Source: Candidatus Omnitrophota bacterium (GTDB lineage Bacteria; Omnitrophota; Gorgyraeia; Zapsychrales; Fredricksoniimonadaceae). From it: DNA of 64,000 bases. How positions within the stretch are numbered: the first letter of the stretch is position 1; each line of letters opens with the position of its first letter. The notes under the pieces were generated by a model, which worked only from the letters and a program-made list of their open reading frames with translations, did not search any database and was not told the DNA's origin. A program made the translations under genes and the position numbers. The stretch spans positions 867-64,866 of the forward strand of contig PEAF01000005.1 in NCBI GenBank assembly GCA_002753465.1. Direction: 5' to 3'. Shown here in pieces: positions 63,135 to 64,000 of the stretch.

Positions 63135-63871
63135 TTTATCCCGTGCGCTTTCATGTAGGCTTCGACTTTAAGAACATCTTCAGGTGTATCCACGCCGATC
63201 GTCTCCATCGTTGTTTCAACGGTCTTTATTTTATAGCCCGCTTCAAGGACACGTAACTGCTCCAGGCTTTCTTCCTGTTCCAGGAATGATTTTGCCCAAC
63301 GGCAGTACTCGAATAGAAAATCCCGTCGATAAGCGTAGATCCCGAGATGCTTGAAATAATTTGATACCAAAGGCTCACCATCCCGTTTATAGGGAATTGG
63401 CGCCCTTGAGAAATACAAAGCACACGCATTCTTGTCAACCACAACCTTAACCACATTAGGGTTACGGAATTCTTCAACAGATGTAAGACGCTTAATAGGC
63501 GTTGCCAATACACAACTGACATCAGCTTTAAGTGCCTGGACCAGCGCATCAATAAGACCAGGCTGTATGAGCGGTTCATCCGCCTGGATATTCACAATAA
63601 TGTCCGCGTCGCTTGACATAGCGGCTTCTGCCACACGGTCGGACCCCGATGGATGGTCCTTACGTGTTAAAACAGCGTTGGCACCGAAACCCTTCGCCCG
63701 CGCCAGCACATGCGGCTCGTCGCACGCAATAATGACATCGGAAAGCTCTTTAGCCTGTTTGACCCGGCGCCACACATGCTCCAGCATACACGTACCAGCG
63801 ATCTCAACCAGCACCTTGCCGGGTAAACGTGTCGATGCCCAACGGGCCGGTAAAATGCCGATAGCCTTCAA
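63131..63871 (-). CDS. kdsB: 3-deoxy-manno-octulosonate cytidylyltransferase
   Basis: 246 aa, TTG start. ILPARWASTRLPGK and VNIQADEP. Confidence 0.9.
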   Translation of the reverse strand: MKAIGILPARWASTRLPGKVLVEIAGTCMLEHVWRRVKQAKELSDVIIACDEPHVLARAKGFGANAVLTRKDHPSGSDRVAEAAMSSDADIIVNIQADEPLIQPGLIDALVQALKADVSCVLATPIKRLTSVEEFRNPNVVKVVVDKNACALYFSRAPIPYKRDGEPLVSNYFKHLGIYAYRRDFLFEYCRWAKSFLEQEESLEQLRVLEAGYKIKTVETTMETIGVDTPEDVLKVEAYMKAHGIK

Positions 63872-64000
63872 TTATTTATCCTCTTTGAGGGACCGGACAA
63901 GTTCCTCAGGGCTTACGGATGCCGCGCCCATCTTGCCGACGACTATGCCGGCCGCATGATTGGCAATATCAGCCGACTGGCGCTTGGTGGCTCCGGCCGC
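63872..64000 (-). CDS. hldE: C-terminal fragment of a D-beta-D-heptose 7-phosphate kinase (RfaE domain I / HldE-like, pfkB family); 5' part lies outside the window
   Basis: My own translation gives ...AAGATKRQSADIANHAAGIVVGKMGAASVSPEELVRSLKEDK*, with the stop at 63874-63872. It resembles the E. coli HldE kinase-domain end ...[23 protein letters not shown]. It is not in the ORF track because it is truncated by the window. Confidence 0.6.
   Translation of the reverse strand, partial: AAGATKRQSADIANHAAGIVVGKMGAASVSPEELVRSLKEDK

Noticed and set aside
62523-63158. 211-aa plus-strand ORF
   Set aside because: It is antisense to kdsA. It is a shadow ORF.

Overview
64-kb chromosomal window from a diderm, LPS-making bacterium. 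About half G+C in core genes, judged by eye. I call 66 CDS, 62 on the minus strand. I saw no rRNA, tRNA, CRISPR array, transposase, integrase or prophage block. Most of the window is housekeeping: fumC, pepA, gltA, surE, menF-ubiE, trxB, bioB, thiC and a complete F1Fo ATP synthase operon (atpBEFHAGDC). It also holds a porin-amtB-glnB/K operon, ruvB-scpA-trpS and the infB-nusA-rimP-proS...rseP-dxr-cdsA-uppS block. The right-hand part carries purA, serA plus a class-V aminotransferase, tig-clpP, and an LPS block (hldE'-kdsB-kdsA-kdsD-kdsC-lptC/A-lptB). Best candidate for something undescribed: an AT-richer four-gene locus at the left edge (1-5658). It encodes a three-module pilin-like secreted protein, a small pilin-like protein and a PapD-like two-domain periplasmic protein. 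Its fourth product is a >890-aa outer-membrane barrel with a CpaC-type N-domain and Cna-B/SdrD-B-type C-terminal repeats, absent from the supplied ORF track because it runs off the window. A PilZ protein lies next to the locus and an HD-GYP regulator lies nearby. Second: a strong promoter, about 130 nt of stem-loops and a strong intrinsic terminator sit upstream of porin-amtB-glnK. This could be a riboswitch-like attenuator or a standalone sRNA. Other oddities: an orphan CpaF/TadA ATPase inside a conserved housekeeping block, a trigger factor lacking its PPIase domain, a ProRS lacking the INS editing domain and a short ATP synthase epsilon. Also a possible LptC-LptA fusion, a 593-aa orphan with faint NMO/FabK-like motifs, an AT-rich islet (Imm-like, SpoVG, XRE-cupin plus pseudo-receiver, unknown membrane protein), a G8 tract in an RBS, and marked GATC enrichment. 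Lineage guess (low confidence): an uncultured diderm phylum such as a PVC/Omnitrophota-like group. All functional calls rest on reading motifs in the translations; no searches were run.
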